A model generated the notes under the pieces. That model searched no databases and was not told the origin of the DNA. It saw only the letters and a list, made by a program, of their open reading frames with translations. A stretch of DNA of 34,486 bases from positions 1 to 34,486 of the forward strand of contig JAITPN010000096.1 in NCBI GenBank assembly GCA_031289415.1. Direction: 5' to 3'. The stretch comes from Prevotellaceae bacterium. Lineage in GTDB: Bacteria; Bacteroidota; Bacteroidia; Bacteroidales; UBA932. This document shows, piece by piece, positions 9,534 through 20,523 of this stretch; within the stretch, counting starts at the first letter, position 1, and each line of letters begins with the position of its first letter. The position numbers and the translations under genes are program-made.

Positions 9534-9627
9534 CAACCCGCTTTTTCTACATGAAATAGCGTATATAATTAAGATTAAATAAATTAAAGAGAAAACGAAA
9601 CGTAACGCTTATTAAGGATAAAAGACG

Positions 9628-10047
9628 ATGTTACAACCTAAAAAGACAAAATTTAGAAGACAACAAAAAGGTCGGATGAAAGGGATTGCCCACCGCGGGC
9701 ATGAGTTGTCGTTCGGCTCGTTCGGCATCAAAACGCTGGAGGAATGTTGGCTCACGGGGCAGCAGCTTGAAGCTGCCCGTCAGGCGGTGGTACGCTATAT
9801 GAAGCGCGAGGGGCAAATATGGATTCGCATTTTCCCCGACAAACCGTTTACGAAAAAACCCGCCGAAGTGCGTATGGGTAAAGGTAAAGGAGCGCCCGAA
9901 GGGTTTGTCTGTCCTGTTACGCCCGGACGTATTTTGATTGAAGCCGAAGGAGTTCCGTTGGCTGTGGCGAAAGAAGCCTTGCGGCTCGGCGCACAAAAAT
10001 TGCCGGTAATTACTAAATTTATAATTCGCAGAGATTATACAGAATAA
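9628..10047 (+). CDS. rplP: 50S ribosomal protein L16
   Basis: 139 aa. [20 protein letters not shown]-terminus. Confidence 0.93.
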   Translation: MLQPKKTKFRRQQKGRMKGIAHRGHELSFGSFGIKTLEECWLTGQQLEAARQAVVRYMKREGQIWIRIFPDKPFTKKPAEVRMGKGKGAPEGFVCPVTPGRILIEAEGVPLAVAKEALRLGAQKLPVITKFIIRRDYTE

Positions 10048-10061
10048 AAACGCATTGAATA

Positions 10062-10265
10062 ATGAAAACTACTGAAATACGCGAATTGTCGGTAAAAGAC
10101 TTACAGGAACGCATTGAATCCGAAAAAGCAGCCTATGTGCGCCAACGGCTCAACCATGCCGTGTCGCCCGTAGAAGATACGTCAAAAATCGGCAAAGCGC
10201 GAAAAGACATTGCACGGATGCTCACCGTTTTGAGCCAGAAACAAAAAATAGAAAACGAAAAATAA
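10062..10265 (+). CDS. rpmC: 50S ribosomal protein L29
   Basis: 67 aa. Operon position. Confidence 0.88.
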   Translation: MKTTEIRELSVKDLQERIESEKAAYVRQRLNHAVSPVEDTSKIGKARKDIARMLTVLSQKQKIENEK

Positions 10266-10273
10266 TTTTTCCC

Positions 10274-10528
10274 ATGGAAAGAAATCTTCGTAAAGAAAGA
10301 ATAGGATTAGTGGTAAGCAACAAAATGCAAAAATCAATTGTAGTTGCTGTGCATCGTAAAGTGAAGCACCCTATTTACGGAAAATTCGTAAACAAAACCA
10401 CCCGATTTGTCGCTCACGACGAAAAGAACGAGTGCAGCGAAGGCGATACGGTACGCATTATGGAAACCCGTCCGTTGAGCAAAAATAAATGTTGGCGATT
10501 AGTAGAAATAGTAGAAAAAGTTAAATAA
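10274..10528 (+). CDS. rpsQ: 30S ribosomal protein S17
   Basis: 84 aa. S17 OB-fold sequence. Confidence 0.9.
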   Translation: MERNLRKERIGLVVSNKMQKSIVVAVHRKVKHPIYGKFVNKTTRFVAHDEKNECSEGDTVRIMETRPLSKNKCWRLVEIVEKVK

Positions 10529-10530
10529 CC

Positions 10531-10896
10531 ATGATACAACAAGAATCACGCTTACAGGTGGCTGACAACAGCGGAGCAAAGGAAGTGCTTTGCATCCGTG
10601 TGTTGGGAGGGACGCGTCGCCGTTATGCCGGTGTAGGTGATAAAATCGTAGTTGCCGTGAAAAGCGCAATGCCCGGCGGCGATGCCAAAAAAGGGTCTGT
10701 GTCAAAAGCCGTAGTGGTGCGTACGAAAAAAGAAATTCGCCGTGCCGACGGTTCATATATCCGCTTTGACGAAAATGCCTGCGTGCTGTTGAATGCACAA
10801 GGCGAAGTGCGCGGAACACGTATTTTCGGACCTGTAGCCCGCGAATTGCGTGAAAATTATATGAAAATAGTATCATTAGCGCCGGAGGTATTATGA
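10531..10896 (+). CDS. rplN: 50S ribosomal protein L14
   Basis: 121 aa. [17 protein letters not shown]. Confidence 0.94.
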   Translation: MIQQESRLQVADNSGAKEVLCIRVLGGTRRRYAGVGDKIVVAVKSAMPGGDAKKGSVSKAVVVRTKKEIRRADGSYIRFDENACVLLNAQGEVRGTRIFGPVARELRENYMKIVSLAPEVL

Positions 10897-11225
10897 GCAA
10901 GACACCACACAAATTACACATTAAAAAAGGCGATACGGTATATGTAAACGCCGGTGACGACCGCGGAAAAACAGGCAAAGTACTGGAAGTATTTCCTGCT
11001 AAAAGCCGTGCGATTGTAGAAGGCATTAATTTGGTAAGCAAACACACCAAGCCGAATGCCAAAACCCCGCAGGGCGGAATTGTAAAGCAGGAATCGACGA
11101 TTCATATTTCAAACCTGCAAGTAGTTGACCCCACAAGCGGCAAACCTACGCGTATAGGTCGCCGTGCGAACGAGGAGGGTAAATTGGTGCGTTACGCAAA
11201 AAAATCGCAAGAGGAGATTAAATAA
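10893..11225 (+). CDS. rplX: 50S ribosomal protein L24
   Basis: 110 aa. KOW motif [20 protein letters not shown]. 4-bp overlap with rplN. Confidence 0.9.
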   Translation: MSKTPHKLHIKKGDTVYVNAGDDRGKTGKVLEVFPAKSRAIVEGINLVSKHTKPNAKTPQGGIVKQESTIHISNLQVVDPTSGKPTRIGRRANEEGKLVRYAKKSQEEIK

Positions 11226-11836
11226 TGGCAAAGAAAGAAGGAGCAAAAGCTACGGGAGGAGTGCAGCAACCTGTACCTGCGGGATATATTCCGGCTCTGC
11301 AAAAGAAATACAAAGAAGAAATTGTTGCCGCTTTGATGAAAGAATTTAGCTACAAATCAATAATGCAAGTACCCCGCCTTGAAAAAATCATCATTAATCA
11401 AGGTGTTGGCGGCGCTGTAAACGACAAAAAACTGATTGAGGTAGCACAAAATGAACTGACAACTATTACAGGACAAAAAGCAATTCAAACATTTTCGAAG
11501 AAAGACATTTCGAACTTTAAGTTGCGCAAAGGCATGCCTATTGGCGTAAAAGTTACGTTGCGCCGTGCAAAAATGTATGAATTTCTTGACCGTTTGGTGG
11601 CAGTGTCATTGCCTCGTATCCGCGACTTTAGGGGGATTTCCGACAAATTTGACGGGCGCGGCAATTATTCATTAGGTATCAAGGAACAGATTATTTTTCC
11701 TGAAATTGATATTGATAAAATCACAAAAATATTGGGCATGGAAATATCCTTTGTAACTACTGCCGGAAACGATAAAGAAGCGTATGCACTGCTTCGCGCG
11801 TTCGGATTACCTTTTAAAAACGCTAACAAAAAGTAA
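11225..11836 (+). CDS. rplE: 50S ribosomal protein L5
   Basis: 203 aa. L5 sequence. Start may be slightly extended. Confidence 0.9.
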   Translation: MAKKEGAKATGGVQQPVPAGYIPALQKKYKEEIVAALMKEFSYKSIMQVPRLEKIIINQGVGGAVNDKKLIEVAQNELTTITGQKAIQTFSKKDISNFKLRKGMPIGVKVTLRRAKMYEFLDRLVAVSLPRIRDFRGISDKFDGRGNYSLGIKEQIIFPEIDIDKITKILGMEISFVTTAGNDKEAYALLRAFGLPFKNANKK

Positions 11837-11839
11837 ACT

Positions 11840-12109
11840 ATGGCAAAAGAATCAATGAAAGCACGCGAAGTGAAACGTGCAAAGTTAGCGGCAAAATATG
11901 CAGAAAAACGCAAAGCGCTGAAAGAAGCCGGCGATTATGTGGGCTTGGCTAAATTGCCAAAAAATGCAAGCCCTGTGCGGTTGCACAATCGTTGTTCGCT
12001 TACAGGTCGTCCAAAAGGATTTATGCGTATGTTCGGCATCAGCCGCATCCAGTTCCGCGAAATGGCAAGCAAAGGCTTGATTCCGGGTATTCGTAAAGCA
12101 AGCTGGTAA
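11840..12109 (+). CDS. rpsN: 30S ribosomal protein S14
   Basis: 89 aa. C-terminal [11 protein letters not shown]. Confidence 0.9.
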   Translation: MAKESMKAREVKRAKLAAKYAEKRKALKEAGDYVGLAKLPKNASPVRLHNRCSLTGRPKGFMRMFGISRIQFREMASKGLIPGIRKASW

Positions 12110-12189
12110 AAGTAAAGAAATTTAGAAAAAACGAAATATTAATGGATATCGGGTGCTGAAGCACTGAGAAAAAATAAAGAAAAAGAAAA

Positions 12190-12585
12190 ATGACTGATCC
12201 AATCGCAGACTATCTGACAAGAATCCGCAACGCGGTGAGTGCAGGACATAAAGTGGTAGAAATTCCTTCTTCAAAAATGAAGCAGGAACTTACCCGTATT
12301 CTGCACGAAAAAGGCTATATCCTTGCTTATAAAATTATAGAAGGAACGCCTTCGAACGCTATTAAAATAGCGTTGAAATATCATCCGGACACGAAACGTC
12401 CGGCGATAAAAAAATTGCAACGCATCAGTTCGCCCGGTTTGCGGCGATATGTTGATGTTGAAAACATGCCGCGCGTATTAAACGGCTTGGGCATTGCCAT
12501 CATTTCTACATCGAAAGGTGTGATGACTGACAAGGAAGCCAAAGTGCAGAACGTAGGCGGCGAAGTATTATGTTATGTATATTAG
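12190..12585 (+). CDS. rpsH: 30S ribosomal protein S8
   Basis: 131 aa. [15 protein letters not shown]. Confidence 0.93.
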   Translation: MTDPIADYLTRIRNAVSAGHKVVEIPSSKMKQELTRILHEKGYILAYKIIEGTPSNAIKIALKYHPDTKRPAIKKLQRISSPGLRRYVDVENMPRVLNGLGIAIISTSKGVMTDKEAKVQNVGGEVLCYVY

Positions 12586-12612
12586 AATAAAACGAATAAA
12601 TAAGTTAATTTT

Positions 12613-13173
12613 ATGTCACGAATAGGAAAATTACCTGTAAACCTGCCGCAAGCGGTTACCGTAAAGGTAAACGCGGGAAATGTGGTTGTGGTTAAAGGAC
12701 CGCTCGGTGAGCTTCAGCAAAAAGTAGATGCTGATATTAAAATTACCGCAGAGGGAAGTGTAGTTACGGTAAGCCGACCGACCGACCAGCCCCGTCACCG
12801 CTCAATGCACGGATTATACCGCGCGTTGATTGCCAACATGGTGAAAGGCGTTTCGGAAGGATATACCATTCAGCAAGAGTTGGTGGGCGTGGGTTACCGC
12901 GTAGAAGTAAACGGACAAGTATTGGCGTTCAGTTTGGGCTATTCGCACGATATTCATTTCGAAATTCCGAAAGAAGTGAAAGCGGTTGCCGAAGCGGTAA
13001 AGAAAGGGGCAAACCCTGTGTTGACACTGAAAAGCCACGATAAGCAACTTATCGGGCAAGTGGCGGCAAAAATCCGCTCGTTGCGTAAACCTGAACCGTA
13101 CAAAGGAAAAGGTATTAAATTTGTAGGCGAACAACTTCGCCGTAAAGCCGGAAAATCGGCAAGTGCAAAATAA
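12613..13173 (+). CDS. rplF: 50S ribosomal protein L6
   Basis: 186 aa. MSRIGKLPV. Confidence 0.92.
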   Translation: MSRIGKLPVNLPQAVTVKVNAGNVVVVKGPLGELQQKVDADIKITAEGSVVTVSRPTDQPRHRSMHGLYRALIANMVKGVSEGYTIQQELVGVGYRVEVNGQVLAFSLGYSHDIHFEIPKEVKAVAEAVKKGANPVLTLKSHDKQLIGQVAAKIRSLRKPEPYKGKGIKFVGEQLRRKAGKSASAK

Positions 13174-13189
13174 ATAGGGAGGTAGCGTT

Positions 13190-13552
13190 ATGGCATTAAC
13201 AAAAAGTGAAAGAAGACAACGAATTAAGTATCGTATCCGCAAAGTGATTAGCGGTACGGCGCAACGTCCCCGCATGTCGGTGTTTCGTAGCAACAAATCA
13301 ATATATGTACAATTTATTGATGACGTGGCAGGCGTTACTTTGGCAGCCGCTTCGTCGCACGATAAATCATTGGACGTTGCCGTTAAAGGCAAGCCGGGAA
13401 CAGAAGTGGCAAAGTTGGTAGGTAAATTAGCCGCCGAACGTGCCATTGAAAAAGGTATTACCACCGTAGCGTTTGACCGCGGCGGCTACCTTTATCATGG
13501 AAGAGTAAAAAATTTAGCAGACGCCGCCCGTGAAGGTGGTCTTACATTCTAA
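13190..13552 (+). CDS. rplR: 50S ribosomal protein L18
   Basis: 120 aa. Operon position and L18 C-terminal motif. Confidence 0.9.
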   Translation: MALTKSERRQRIKYRIRKVISGTAQRPRMSVFRSNKSIYVQFIDDVAGVTLAAASSHDKSLDVAVKGKPGTEVAKLVGKLAAERAIEKGITTVAFDRGGYLYHGRVKNLADAAREGGLTF

Positions 13553-13562
13553 ATGACAGATT

Positions 13563-14078
13563 ATGACTACAAGTGTTAAAAAAGTAAAGACAACCGATTT
13601 GGATTTAAAAGAACGTATCGTAGCTATTCGGCGTGTAACCAAAGTAACGAAAGGCGGACGTCATTTTAGTTTTGCCGCTATTATGGTAGTGGGCAATGAA
13701 GATGGCGTAGTAGGCTATGGTCTTGGAAAAGCCGGCGAAATGGCTACTGCGATAGCAAAAGGAGTGGAGGATGCAAAGAAAAATCTGGTGAAGATTCCTT
13801 TGACTAAACGAACCATTCCGCATGAACAAACCGCTAAATTCGGAGGTGCGCAAGTGTTTATGAAGCCCGCAGCCGAAGGGACAGGTGTAAAAGCCGGCGG
13901 CGCTATGCGTGCAGTGTTTGAAAGCGTGGGTATTCACGATGTGTTGGCTAAGTCAAAAGGCTCATCAAACCCTCACAACTTAGTGAAAGCTACGGTGAAC
14001 GCATTGCTTGAACTGCGCGACGCCTATACGATAGCCGGTTTACGAGGCATTCCGATGCAAAAAGTATTTAAAGGATAA
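13563..14078 (+). CDS. rpsE: 30S ribosomal protein S5
   Basis: 171 aa. [16 protein letters not shown]. Confidence 0.93.
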   Translation: MTTSVKKVKTTDLDLKERIVAIRRVTKVTKGGRHFSFAAIMVVGNEDGVVGYGLGKAGEMATAIAKGVEDAKKNLVKIPLTKRTIPHEQTAKFGGAQVFMKPAAEGTGVKAGGAMRAVFESVGIHDVLAKSKGSSNPHNLVKATVNALLELRDAYTIAGLRGIPMQKVFKG

Positions 14079-14091
14079 GGAGAAAAGAGAG

Positions 14092-14271
14092 ATGGCGAAA
14101 GTGAAAATTACACAAATAAAAAGCAAAAACAGCGCTACCGAGCGCCAGATTGCTACGCTAACCTCGCTGGGTTTGCGTCGGATGCATCAAACGGTAGAAC
14201 GGGAAACAAATCCTGTAACTAACGGTATGATTGAAAAAGTAAGGCATTTGGTAAAAGTAGAAGAAATTTAA
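14092..14271 (+). CDS. rpmD: 50S ribosomal protein L30 (59 aa; below ORF-track length cut-off)
   Basis: Manual translation [59 protein letters not shown] between rpsE and rplO. Confidence 0.85.
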   Translation: MAKVKITQIKSKNSATERQIATLTSLGLRRMHQTVERETNPVTNGMIEKVRHLVKVEEI

Positions 14272-14284
14272 GCATAGAACGATT

Positions 14285-14731
14285 ATGAGTTTACACAATT
14301 TAAAACCTGCACAAGGTTCTACACATAAGGAAAAACGGATTGGTCGCGGCGAAGGTTCGGGGCGCGGAGGTACTTCTACGCGCGGACACAAAGGAGCGCA
14401 ATCACGTTCGGGTTATTCGAGCAAAAAAGGCTTCGAAGGCGGTCAAATGCCTTTGCAACGCCGTGTACCTAAATATGGGTTTACCAACAGATCCCGTATA
14501 GAGTACAAAGCTATTAATCTTTCTACCCTACAGTCGTTAATCGAGAAAATTAATGTAACCGACATTACTGTCGGCACGCTGGCTGAAGTCGGTCTGGTGT
14601 CGAAAAACGACCGTGTAAAAATTCTTGGAAACGGAAGTTTAACTTCTGCAATAAACGTAACAGCACATGCCTTTTCAAAATCGGCAATAGCTGCTATTGA
14701 AGCAAACAAAGGCACAGCCACTATACTTTGA
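14285..14731 (+). CDS. rplO: 50S ribosomal protein L15
   Basis: 148 aa. Gly/Arg-rich N-terminal region typical of L15. Confidence 0.92.
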   Translation: MSLHNLKPAQGSTHKEKRIGRGEGSGRGGTSTRGHKGAQSRSGYSSKKGFEGGQMPLQRRVPKYGFTNRSRIEYKAINLSTLQSLIEKINVTDITVGTLAEVGLVSKNDRVKILGNGSLTSAINVTAHAFSKSAIAAIEANKGTATIL

Positions 14732-14735
14732 AGCG

Positions 14736-16052
14736 ATGAGAAAATTTATTACAACCATACAGAACATTTTCAAGATTGAAGACCTCCGCAAAAGGATAGG
14801 CTACACTGTCTTGCTGCTGCTTGTATATCGCTTGGGTAGTTACGTGGTGTTACCGGGCATTGACCCATTGCAGCTGGAAAGCCTGAAGTCGAGTGCATCG
14901 GAAGGGTTGTTGGGTTTGTTAAACCTGTTTTCAGGGGGAGCTTTCGGTAATGCTTCTATTTTCGCATTGGGCGTTATGCCTTACATCTCGGCGTCTATCG
15001 TTATCCAGTTGCTGGGTATGATGGTTCCGTATTTCCAACGTTTGCAGCGCGAAGGCGAAAGCGGACGCCGGAAAGTAAACCAACTTACGCGCTACCTGAC
15101 CATCATTATTCTGGCTTTGCAAGGTCCGGCTTATATCACGGCGCTGCATAACCAATTGCCCGAAACGGCATTTCTGTTAGGCGGATTTGGTTACAATGTG
15201 TTTGCTACGGTAATCCTTATCGGCGGCACAATGTTTGTGATGTGGCTTGGCGAGCGGATTACCGACCGCGGTATCGGGAACGGTATTTCACTCATCATTA
15301 CCATAGGTATTTTGGCAGACCTGCCCTTTGCCTTTGTGGCTGAAGCCGGTTCGCGATTTAACCAAACTACCGGCGGATTGCTGATGTTTGTAGTTGAAAT
15401 TATCATACTGTTCTTTATCTTTGTAGCTACTATCATGCTGGTGCAAGGTACGCGAAAAATTCCTGTACAATATGCAAAGCGTGTAATCGGCAACAAACAA
15501 TACGGAGGAGTACGTCAGTATATTCCTTTAAAAGTGAACGCAGCCGGTGTAATGCCTATGATTTTTGCGCAAGCAATCATGTTCTTTCCGATGTTGCTGT
15601 CGGGATTCGAAGCCACGAGCGGCATAGCAGTTGCATTCAGTGATTATACAGGATTTTGGTATAACCTTGTGGTTGCCTTTTTGGTGATGGCATTTACTTA
15701 TTTTTACACTGCCGTAACGGTTAATCCAAACATGATGGCGGAAGAAATGAAGAAAAACGGCGGATTTATACCCGGTGTGAAACCCGGTAAAAAAACAGCT
15801 GAATATATTGACTCTGTAATGTCGCGCATTACGTTGCCCGGCTCTATTTTCCTTGCAATAGTGGCTATTATTCCCGCTCTTGCCAGAAACATGGGCATCA
15901 ACGACCAGTTCGCGCGGTTTTATGGCGGCACTTCGCTCCTTATTTTGGTGGGCGTGGTGCTTGATACGTTACAACAAATTGAAAGTCATCTTCTCAATCG
16001 TCACTATGACGGTTTGATGAAGACAGGGCGTTTGAAAGGACGCAACGGATAG
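14736..16052 (+). CDS. secY: Preprotein translocase subunit SecY (start chosen at the MRKFITTIQNIF Met just after the rplO stop, not the overlapping 14697 start)
   Basis: Ten predicted TM segments. SecY-like sequence. Operon position. Confidence 0.9.
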   Translation: MRKFITTIQNIFKIEDLRKRIGYTVLLLLVYRLGSYVVLPGIDPLQLESLKSSASEGLLGLLNLFSGGAFGNASIFALGVMPYISASIVIQLLGMMVPYFQRLQREGESGRRKVNQLTRYLTIIILALQGPAYITALHNQLPETAFLLGGFGYNVFATVILIGGTMFVMWLGERITDRGIGNGISLIITIGILADLPFAFVAEAGSRFNQTTGGLLMFVVEIIILFFIFVATIMLVQGTRKIPVQYAKRVIGNKQYGGVRQYIPLKVNAAGVMPMIFAQAIMFFPMLLSGFEATSGIAVAFSDYTGFWYNLVVAFLVMAFTYFYTAVTVNPNMMAEEMKKNGGFIPGVKPGKKTAEYIDSVMSRITLPGSIFLAIVAIIPALARNMGINDQFARFYGGTSLLILVGVVLDTLQQIESHLLNRHYDGLMKTGRLKGRNG

Positions 16053-16079
16053 AAAGAGAGAAAGGTGTTCTTTGAAAAA

Positions 16080-16850
16080 ATGATAACACTCCGAACCGAC
16101 GAAGAGATTGAGATATTAAGAGAAAATGCACTTTTAGTATCAAAAACTTTAGCGGAAGTGGGGAAACGGATACAACCCGGCGTAAGTACGTTGGAATTGG
16201 ATAAATTGGCTGAAACATTTATCCGCGACCATGGTGCAGCGCCCGGCTTCCTTGGCTACAACGGCTTCCCCAATACCCTTTGCCTGTCGGTCAATGATGT
16301 GGTGGTGCATGGTATTCCTTCGGCGTACCGCCTGAAAGAAGGCGACGTCATTTCAGTAGACTGCGGAACGCGCTACAAGGGATATTACGGCGATTCGGCT
16401 TACACATTTGCCGTAGGCGAAATAAACGAAGACGCGAAACACTTGTTGAAAGCAACAAAAGAATCGCTCTTCAAAGGCATTGCTCAGGCGATAGACGGAA
16501 ACAGGGTAGGCGATATATCGTTCGCGATACAAAACCATGTAGAGCCGTTTGGCTACAGTGTAGTGAGGGAGATGGTCGGACACGGATTAGGGTCGCGCAT
16601 GCACGAAAAACCCGATGTGCCTAATTTTGGGCACAGAGGACACGGAAAGCGGTTGCAAAACGGTATGGTAATTTGTATCGAACCGATGATTAATGCCGGT
16701 ACTAAAGACGTGTTCATGGACGAGGACGGATGGACGCTCCACACACGCGACGGAAAAAAATCGGCACATTATGAATTAACGGTGTGCGTGCGGAAAGGGC
16801 ACCCCGATGTGTTATCAACATTTGAGTTTATAGAAAAAGTGATTAAGTAA
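16080..16850 (+). CDS. map: Methionine aminopeptidase type I (start possibly 16065)
   Basis: Metal-binding residues and pita-bread fold motifs (VVHGIP, DxGxxxxGYxGD, HGxGxxxHE). Confidence 0.9.
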   Translation: MITLRTDEEIEILRENALLVSKTLAEVGKRIQPGVSTLELDKLAETFIRDHGAAPGFLGYNGFPNTLCLSVNDVVVHGIPSAYRLKEGDVISVDCGTRYKGYYGDSAYTFAVGEINEDAKHLLKATKESLFKGIAQAIDGNRVGDISFAIQNHVEPFGYSVVREMVGHGLGSRMHEKPDVPNFGHRGHGKRLQNGMVICIEPMINAGTKDVFMDEDGWTLHTRDGKKSAHYELTVCVRKGHPDVLSTFEFIEKVIK

Positions 16851-16878
16851 GTAAGATTTAAAATTATTATAAGAAGAT

Positions 16879-17097
16879 ATGTCTAAACAGACGGTCATAG
16901 AAAAAGAGGGTACAATAACCGAAGCCTTGTCGAACGCGATGTTTCGCGTGGAGTTGGACAATGGTCATGTGGTTATAGCCCATATTTCCGGAAAGATGCG
17001 GATGCACTACATTCGTATTCTCCCCGGTGACAAAGTTCGTATAGAGATGTCGCCTTATGATTTAACAAAAGGTAGAATTTCATTCAGACACAAATAA
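16879..17097 (+). CDS. infA: Translation initiation factor IF-1
   Basis: 72 aa. S1-like OB fold. Operon position. Confidence 0.92.
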   Translation: MSKQTVIEKEGTITEALSNAMFRVELDNGHVVIAHISGKMRMHYIRILPGDKVRIEMSPYDLTKGRISFRHK

Positions 17098-17109
17098 AAG
17101 CATACCATT

Positions 17110-17226
17110 ATGAAAGTAAAGGCTTCTATAAAAAAACGCAGCGAAGACTGCAAGATTGTAAAACGGAAAGGGCGTTTGTATGTAATATGCAAAAAAACGC
17201 CGAAATTTAAAATGCGTCAAGGATAA
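17110..17226 (+). CDS. rpmJ: 50S ribosomal protein L36 (38 aa; below ORF-track cut-off)
   Basis: Manual translation [38 protein letters not shown] with zinc-ribbon Cys pattern. Confidence 0.85.
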   Translation: MKVKASIKKRSEDCKIVKRKGRLYVICKKTPKFKMRQG

Positions 17227-17270
17227 ACGCTTGAAAAATTTATTAATTATTAATTTTTAAGAATTAAAGT

Positions 17271-17651
17271 ATGGCACGTATAGCCGGAGTTGATTTACCA
17301 AAGAACAAACGCGGAGAGATAGGATTGACCTATATCTACGGAGTGGGGCGCAGCACAGCGCAAGACATTCTTCGTACCGCAGGTATTGATTTTGACATAA
17401 AAGTAAAAGATTGGAATGATGAGCAGATAACTGCCATTCGTAATCTTATCCAAGAAAAGGGTTTGAAAATTGAAGGCGAATTGCGCTCATCGGTGCAACT
17501 CAACATCAAACGCCTGATGGATATTGGTTGTTACCGTGGCATCCGTCATCGTTTGGGATTGCCGGTACGTGGGCAAACAACCAAGAACAATGCCCGTACA
17601 CGTAAGGGTAAGAAGAAAACAGTAGCAAACAAGAAAAAAGCAACTAAATAG
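17271..17651 (+). CDS. rpsM: 30S ribosomal protein S13
   Basis: 126 aa. [10 protein letters not shown]. Confidence 0.93.
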   Translation: MARIAGVDLPKNKRGEIGLTYIYGVGRSTAQDILRTAGIDFDIKVKDWNDEQITAIRNLIQEKGLKIEGELRSSVQLNIKRLMDIGCYRGIRHRLGLPVRGQTTKNNARTRKGKKKTVANKKKATK

Positions 17652-17660
17652 GAAATAAAC

Positions 17661-18050
17661 ATGGCAAAAAAGACCACAACAACGAAGAAAAAAGTAGTGA
17701 AAGTAGATGCTTACGGACAAGCGCATGTACATTCCACCTTTAACAATGTTATTGTAACCTTGGCAAATAGTGAAGGGCAAGTAATCAGTTGGTCATCGGC
17801 TGGTAAAATGGGTTTCCGCGGCTCGAAGAAAAATACGCCGTATGCAGCCCAAACCGCTGCCTCTGACTGTGCAAAAGTAGCTTTTGACTTAGGGCTGCGT
17901 AAGGTGAAGTGCTATGTGAAAGGTCCCGGCTCGGGTCGCGAAGCGGCTATTCGCCAAATTAATACCGCAGGTATTGAAGTTACCGAAATAATAGATGTTA
18001 CTCCTTTGCCGCACAACGGCTGTCGTCCGAAAGGACGCCGCAGGGTATAA
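17661..18050 (+). CDS. rpsK: 30S ribosomal protein S11
   Basis: 129 aa. S11 sequence. Confidence 0.93.
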   Translation: MAKKTTTTKKKVVKVDAYGQAHVHSTFNNVIVTLANSEGQVISWSSAGKMGFRGSKKNTPYAAQTAASDCAKVAFDLGLRKVKCYVKGPGSGREAAIRQINTAGIEVTEIIDVTPLPHNGCRPKGRRRV

Positions 18051-18127
18051 TAACTCAAAGGTTAAAGCAATAAATAACGCTTAATAATTAAACCCCGGCG
18101 GCAACGGGTTACCAACGGCAAAGAAAA

Positions 18128-18736
18128 ATGGCAAGATACACAGGTCCTACAACAAAAATCGCCCGTAAATTCGGTGAACCTATCTACGGTCCCGATAAAC
18201 ATTATGACCGCAAAGCCTACCCTCCGGGGCAACACGGCTTGGCAAAGAAACGTAAGAAAGTATCGGAATATGGTACTCAATTACAGGAAAAACAAAAAGT
18301 GAAATACACTTACGGCATATTGGAACGCCAATTCCGTAACCTTTTTGTGAAAGCATCGCGTATGCGCGGACGCAAAGGCGAAAACCTTTTGCTGCTGCTC
18401 GAAAGCCGCCTTGACAACTTGGTTTACCGGCTCGGCATTGCACCTACACGCGCGGCTGCCCGCCAATTGGTTACGCATCGCCATATTGTGGTGGACGGAA
18501 AAATATGCAACATCCCGTCGCGTATTATTAAAATCGGCGATACGATTGGCGTACGCGAACGCTCGCAGGCATTGGAAATAATACAGGAAGCAGTTACCGG
18601 TCGCAATAGCAGCAGATATCCTTGGTTAGAATGGGATGGCGCTACGTTTACCGGAAAATTGATCAGCCTGCCCGAACGTACGGAAATCCCCGAAAACATT
18701 AACGAACAATTGATAGTAGAGTTGTACTCTAAATAA
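18128..18736 (+). CDS. rpsD: 30S ribosomal protein S4
   Basis: 202 aa. [17 protein letters not shown]. Confidence 0.93.
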   Translation: MARYTGPTTKIARKFGEPIYGPDKHYDRKAYPPGQHGLAKKRKKVSEYGTQLQEKQKVKYTYGILERQFRNLFVKASRMRGRKGENLLLLLESRLDNLVYRLGIAPTRAAARQLVTHRHIVVDGKICNIPSRIIKIGDTIGVRERSQALEIIQEAVTGRNSSRYPWLEWDGATFTGKLISLPERTEIPENINEQLIVELYSK

Positions 18737-18772
18737 AGAATCCCATTAATAACTTTTATACACAAAATAAAT

Positions 18773-19756
18773 ATGGCAATATTAGCATTTCAGAAACCCG
18801 ATAAAGTAATTTTACTTGAAGCAAACGACACATTCGGACGCTTTGAATTCCGCCCGCTGGAACCCGGGTATGGTATTACGGTAGGCAATGCCTTGCGCCG
18901 CATTTTAGTGTCGTCGCTCGAAGGGTACGCCATTACTACAGTGAAAATAGCCGGTGTAGATCACGAATTTGCAACTATCCCCGGCGTGATCGAAAATGTA
19001 GTTGAAATTATCCTTAATCTTAAACAAGTACGTTTCAAACGAATGGTTGATAAGGTTGACGGCGAAAATGTGTCGCTCACCATTGGCGGGCAAGACAAAT
19101 TTACGGCGTATGATATTTCGAAGCAACTCTCGTCATTCAAGGTGTTGAACCCCGACTTGGTGATTTGCAAAAAAGAGCCGTCCGTGAAATTACAGATAGA
19201 ACTCACCGTCGGAAAAGGTCGCGGCTATGTGCCTGCTGATGAAAACAAGCCTGCCGAAGCGCCGTTCGGATTGATTCCCATCGACTCCATTCATACGCCT
19301 ATTAAAAACGTGAAATACACGGTTGAAAACTGGCGCGTGGAGCAAAAAACGGACTACGAAAAACTGGCGCTCGAAATTACTACCGACGGCTCGATACATC
19401 CGAAAGATGCACTGAGGGAAGCGGCAAAGATATTGATTTATCACTTTATGCTTTTTTCCGAAGATAAAATCACGTTTGATATCCCCGGCGAATCGGTTGC
19501 GGATGAATTTGACGAAGAAACACTGCGCATGCGCCAACTGTTGACCACGCGATTGTCGGATATGGAACTTTCGGTACGCGCCCTCAACTGTTTGAAAACT
19601 GCCGAAGTGGATACGCTTGGCGAATTGGTGCGCTTCCAACGCTCCGACCTGCTGAAGTTCCGTAATTTCGGACGTAAATCGTTGACCGAACTTGACGCCT
19701 TGTTAGAGCGGCTGAAACTTAGTTTCGGAATGGATATTGCAAAATATATAATTTAG
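18773..19756 (+). CDS. rpoA: DNA-directed RNA polymerase subunit alpha
   Basis: 327 aa. N-terminal dimerisation domain and C-terminal domain sequences. Confidence 0.93.
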   Translation: MAILAFQKPDKVILLEANDTFGRFEFRPLEPGYGITVGNALRRILVSSLEGYAITTVKIAGVDHEFATIPGVIENVVEIILNLKQVRFKRMVDKVDGENVSLTIGGQDKFTAYDISKQLSSFKVLNPDLVICKKEPSVKLQIELTVGKGRGYVPADENKPAEAPFGLIPIDSIHTPIKNVKYTVENWRVEQKTDYEKLALEITTDGSIHPKDALREAAKILIYHFMLFSEDKITFDIPGESVADEFDEETLRMRQLLTTRLSDMELSVRALNCLKTAEVDTLGELVRFQRSDLLKFRNFGRKSLTELDALLERLKLSFGMDIAKYII

Positions 19757-19774
19757 ACAAAAGAATAGAAAACG

Positions 19775-20335
19775 ATGAGACATAATAAGAAATTTAACCA
19801 TTTAGGACGGAAAGCGGGACACCGTAAAGCGATGTTGGCAAACATGGCGTCGTCGTTAATTTTACATAAACGTATTGAAACTACCGAGGCGAAAGCAAAG
19901 GCTTTGCGCGTGTATGTAGAGCCTTTGATTACAAAATCGAAAGACGACACTACGCACTCGCGCCGTACGGTATTCAGCTACTTGAAAGACAAAATAGCCG
20001 TGGCGGAATTATTCCGCGCCGTAGCGCCGAAAATAGCCGCCCGCCCCGGAGGATACACCCGTATTTTGAAACTCGGCTTTCGCGCCGGCGACGCCGCCGA
20101 TATGGCGATGATTGAGTTGGTGGACTTCAACGAAGCCGCGTTGGCTGCATCGGGCAAAGGCGGCGCGAAGAAAGCCACTACACGCCGCAGCCGTGCGAAA
20201 AAAACCGCCGCGCCGGCAGCCGTAGCCGAAGCACAAACGCCGACGGTAGCCGAAACGCCCATACCGGTAGCCGAAACCCCCGCAGAACCGGCAACGGAAG
20301 AGGCGACACCGCAAGAGGCGACACCGCAAGATTGA
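19775..20335 (+). CDS. rplQ: 50S ribosomal protein L17 with about 60-aa Ala/Pro/Thr/Glu-rich C-terminal tail
   Basis: 186 aa. [24 protein letters not shown]. Tail contains short tandem nucleotide duplications (ccggtagccgaaac x2, gaggcgacaccgcaag x2). Confidence 0.92.
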   Translation: MRHNKKFNHLGRKAGHRKAMLANMASSLILHKRIETTEAKAKALRVYVEPLITKSKDDTTHSRRTVFSYLKDKIAVAELFRAVAPKIAARPGGYTRILKLGFRAGDAADMAMIELVDFNEAALAASGKGGAKKATTRRSRAKKTAAPAAVAEAQTPTVAETPIPVAETPAEPATEEATPQEATPQD

Positions 20336-20363
20336 GATAAAATTTGAATTAATATTTGAAAGA

Positions 20364-20404
20364 GGCTGCCCAAAAAGTAATATTTTTGGGCGGCTTCGTT
20401 TGTC
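20364..20404 (+). terminator. Rho-independent terminator of the r-protein/rpoA/rplQ transcription unit
   Basis: 12-13-bp stem GGCTGCCCAAAAA / TTTTTGGGCGGC, loop GTAATA, then TTCGTTTGT. Confidence 0.6.
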
Positions 20405-20461
20405 AGCTATGCCTCATAATTGTGGCAAGGGGGTAGTGTGTAAAAAAAGATTTAGCCAAAG

Positions 20462-20495
20462 TTTGTAAGATATTCAATTATTATTTTTACCTTTG
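20462..20495 (+). promoter_or_regulatory. Promoter-like element (TTTG, 22-nt spacer, TACCTTTG) upstream of small His-rich ORF and repeat region
   Basis: Same gtttgtaag...tacctttgc architecture as the rplC promoter. Confidence 0.4.
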
Positions 20496-20523
20496 CGCCA
20501 CTGAATTAAAATTAATAACTCTA

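Noticed and set aside
7880-9627. tRNA or other structured RNA gene in the pfkA flanks
   Set aside because: No tRNA-like T-arm (GGTTCGAATCC-type) or acceptor-stem pattern found by eye. Hairpins are reported as findings only, not as RNA gene calls.
16065-16079. Upstream start MFFEKMITL for map, and 14697 start for secY
   Set aside because: Conserved N-termini and avoidance of overlap with the preceding gene favour the internal Met codons. Uncertainty noted in the features.
4290-20373. Numerous antisense or alternate-frame ORFs inside ribosomal-protein, secY, rpoA and rplQ genes (e.g. 4290..4730, 4631..5131, 6543..7166, 10499..11062, 12814..13464, 19190..19639, 19978..20373)
   Set aside because: They are fully embedded in strongly supported conserved genes on the other strand or frame, and have no recognisable protein features.
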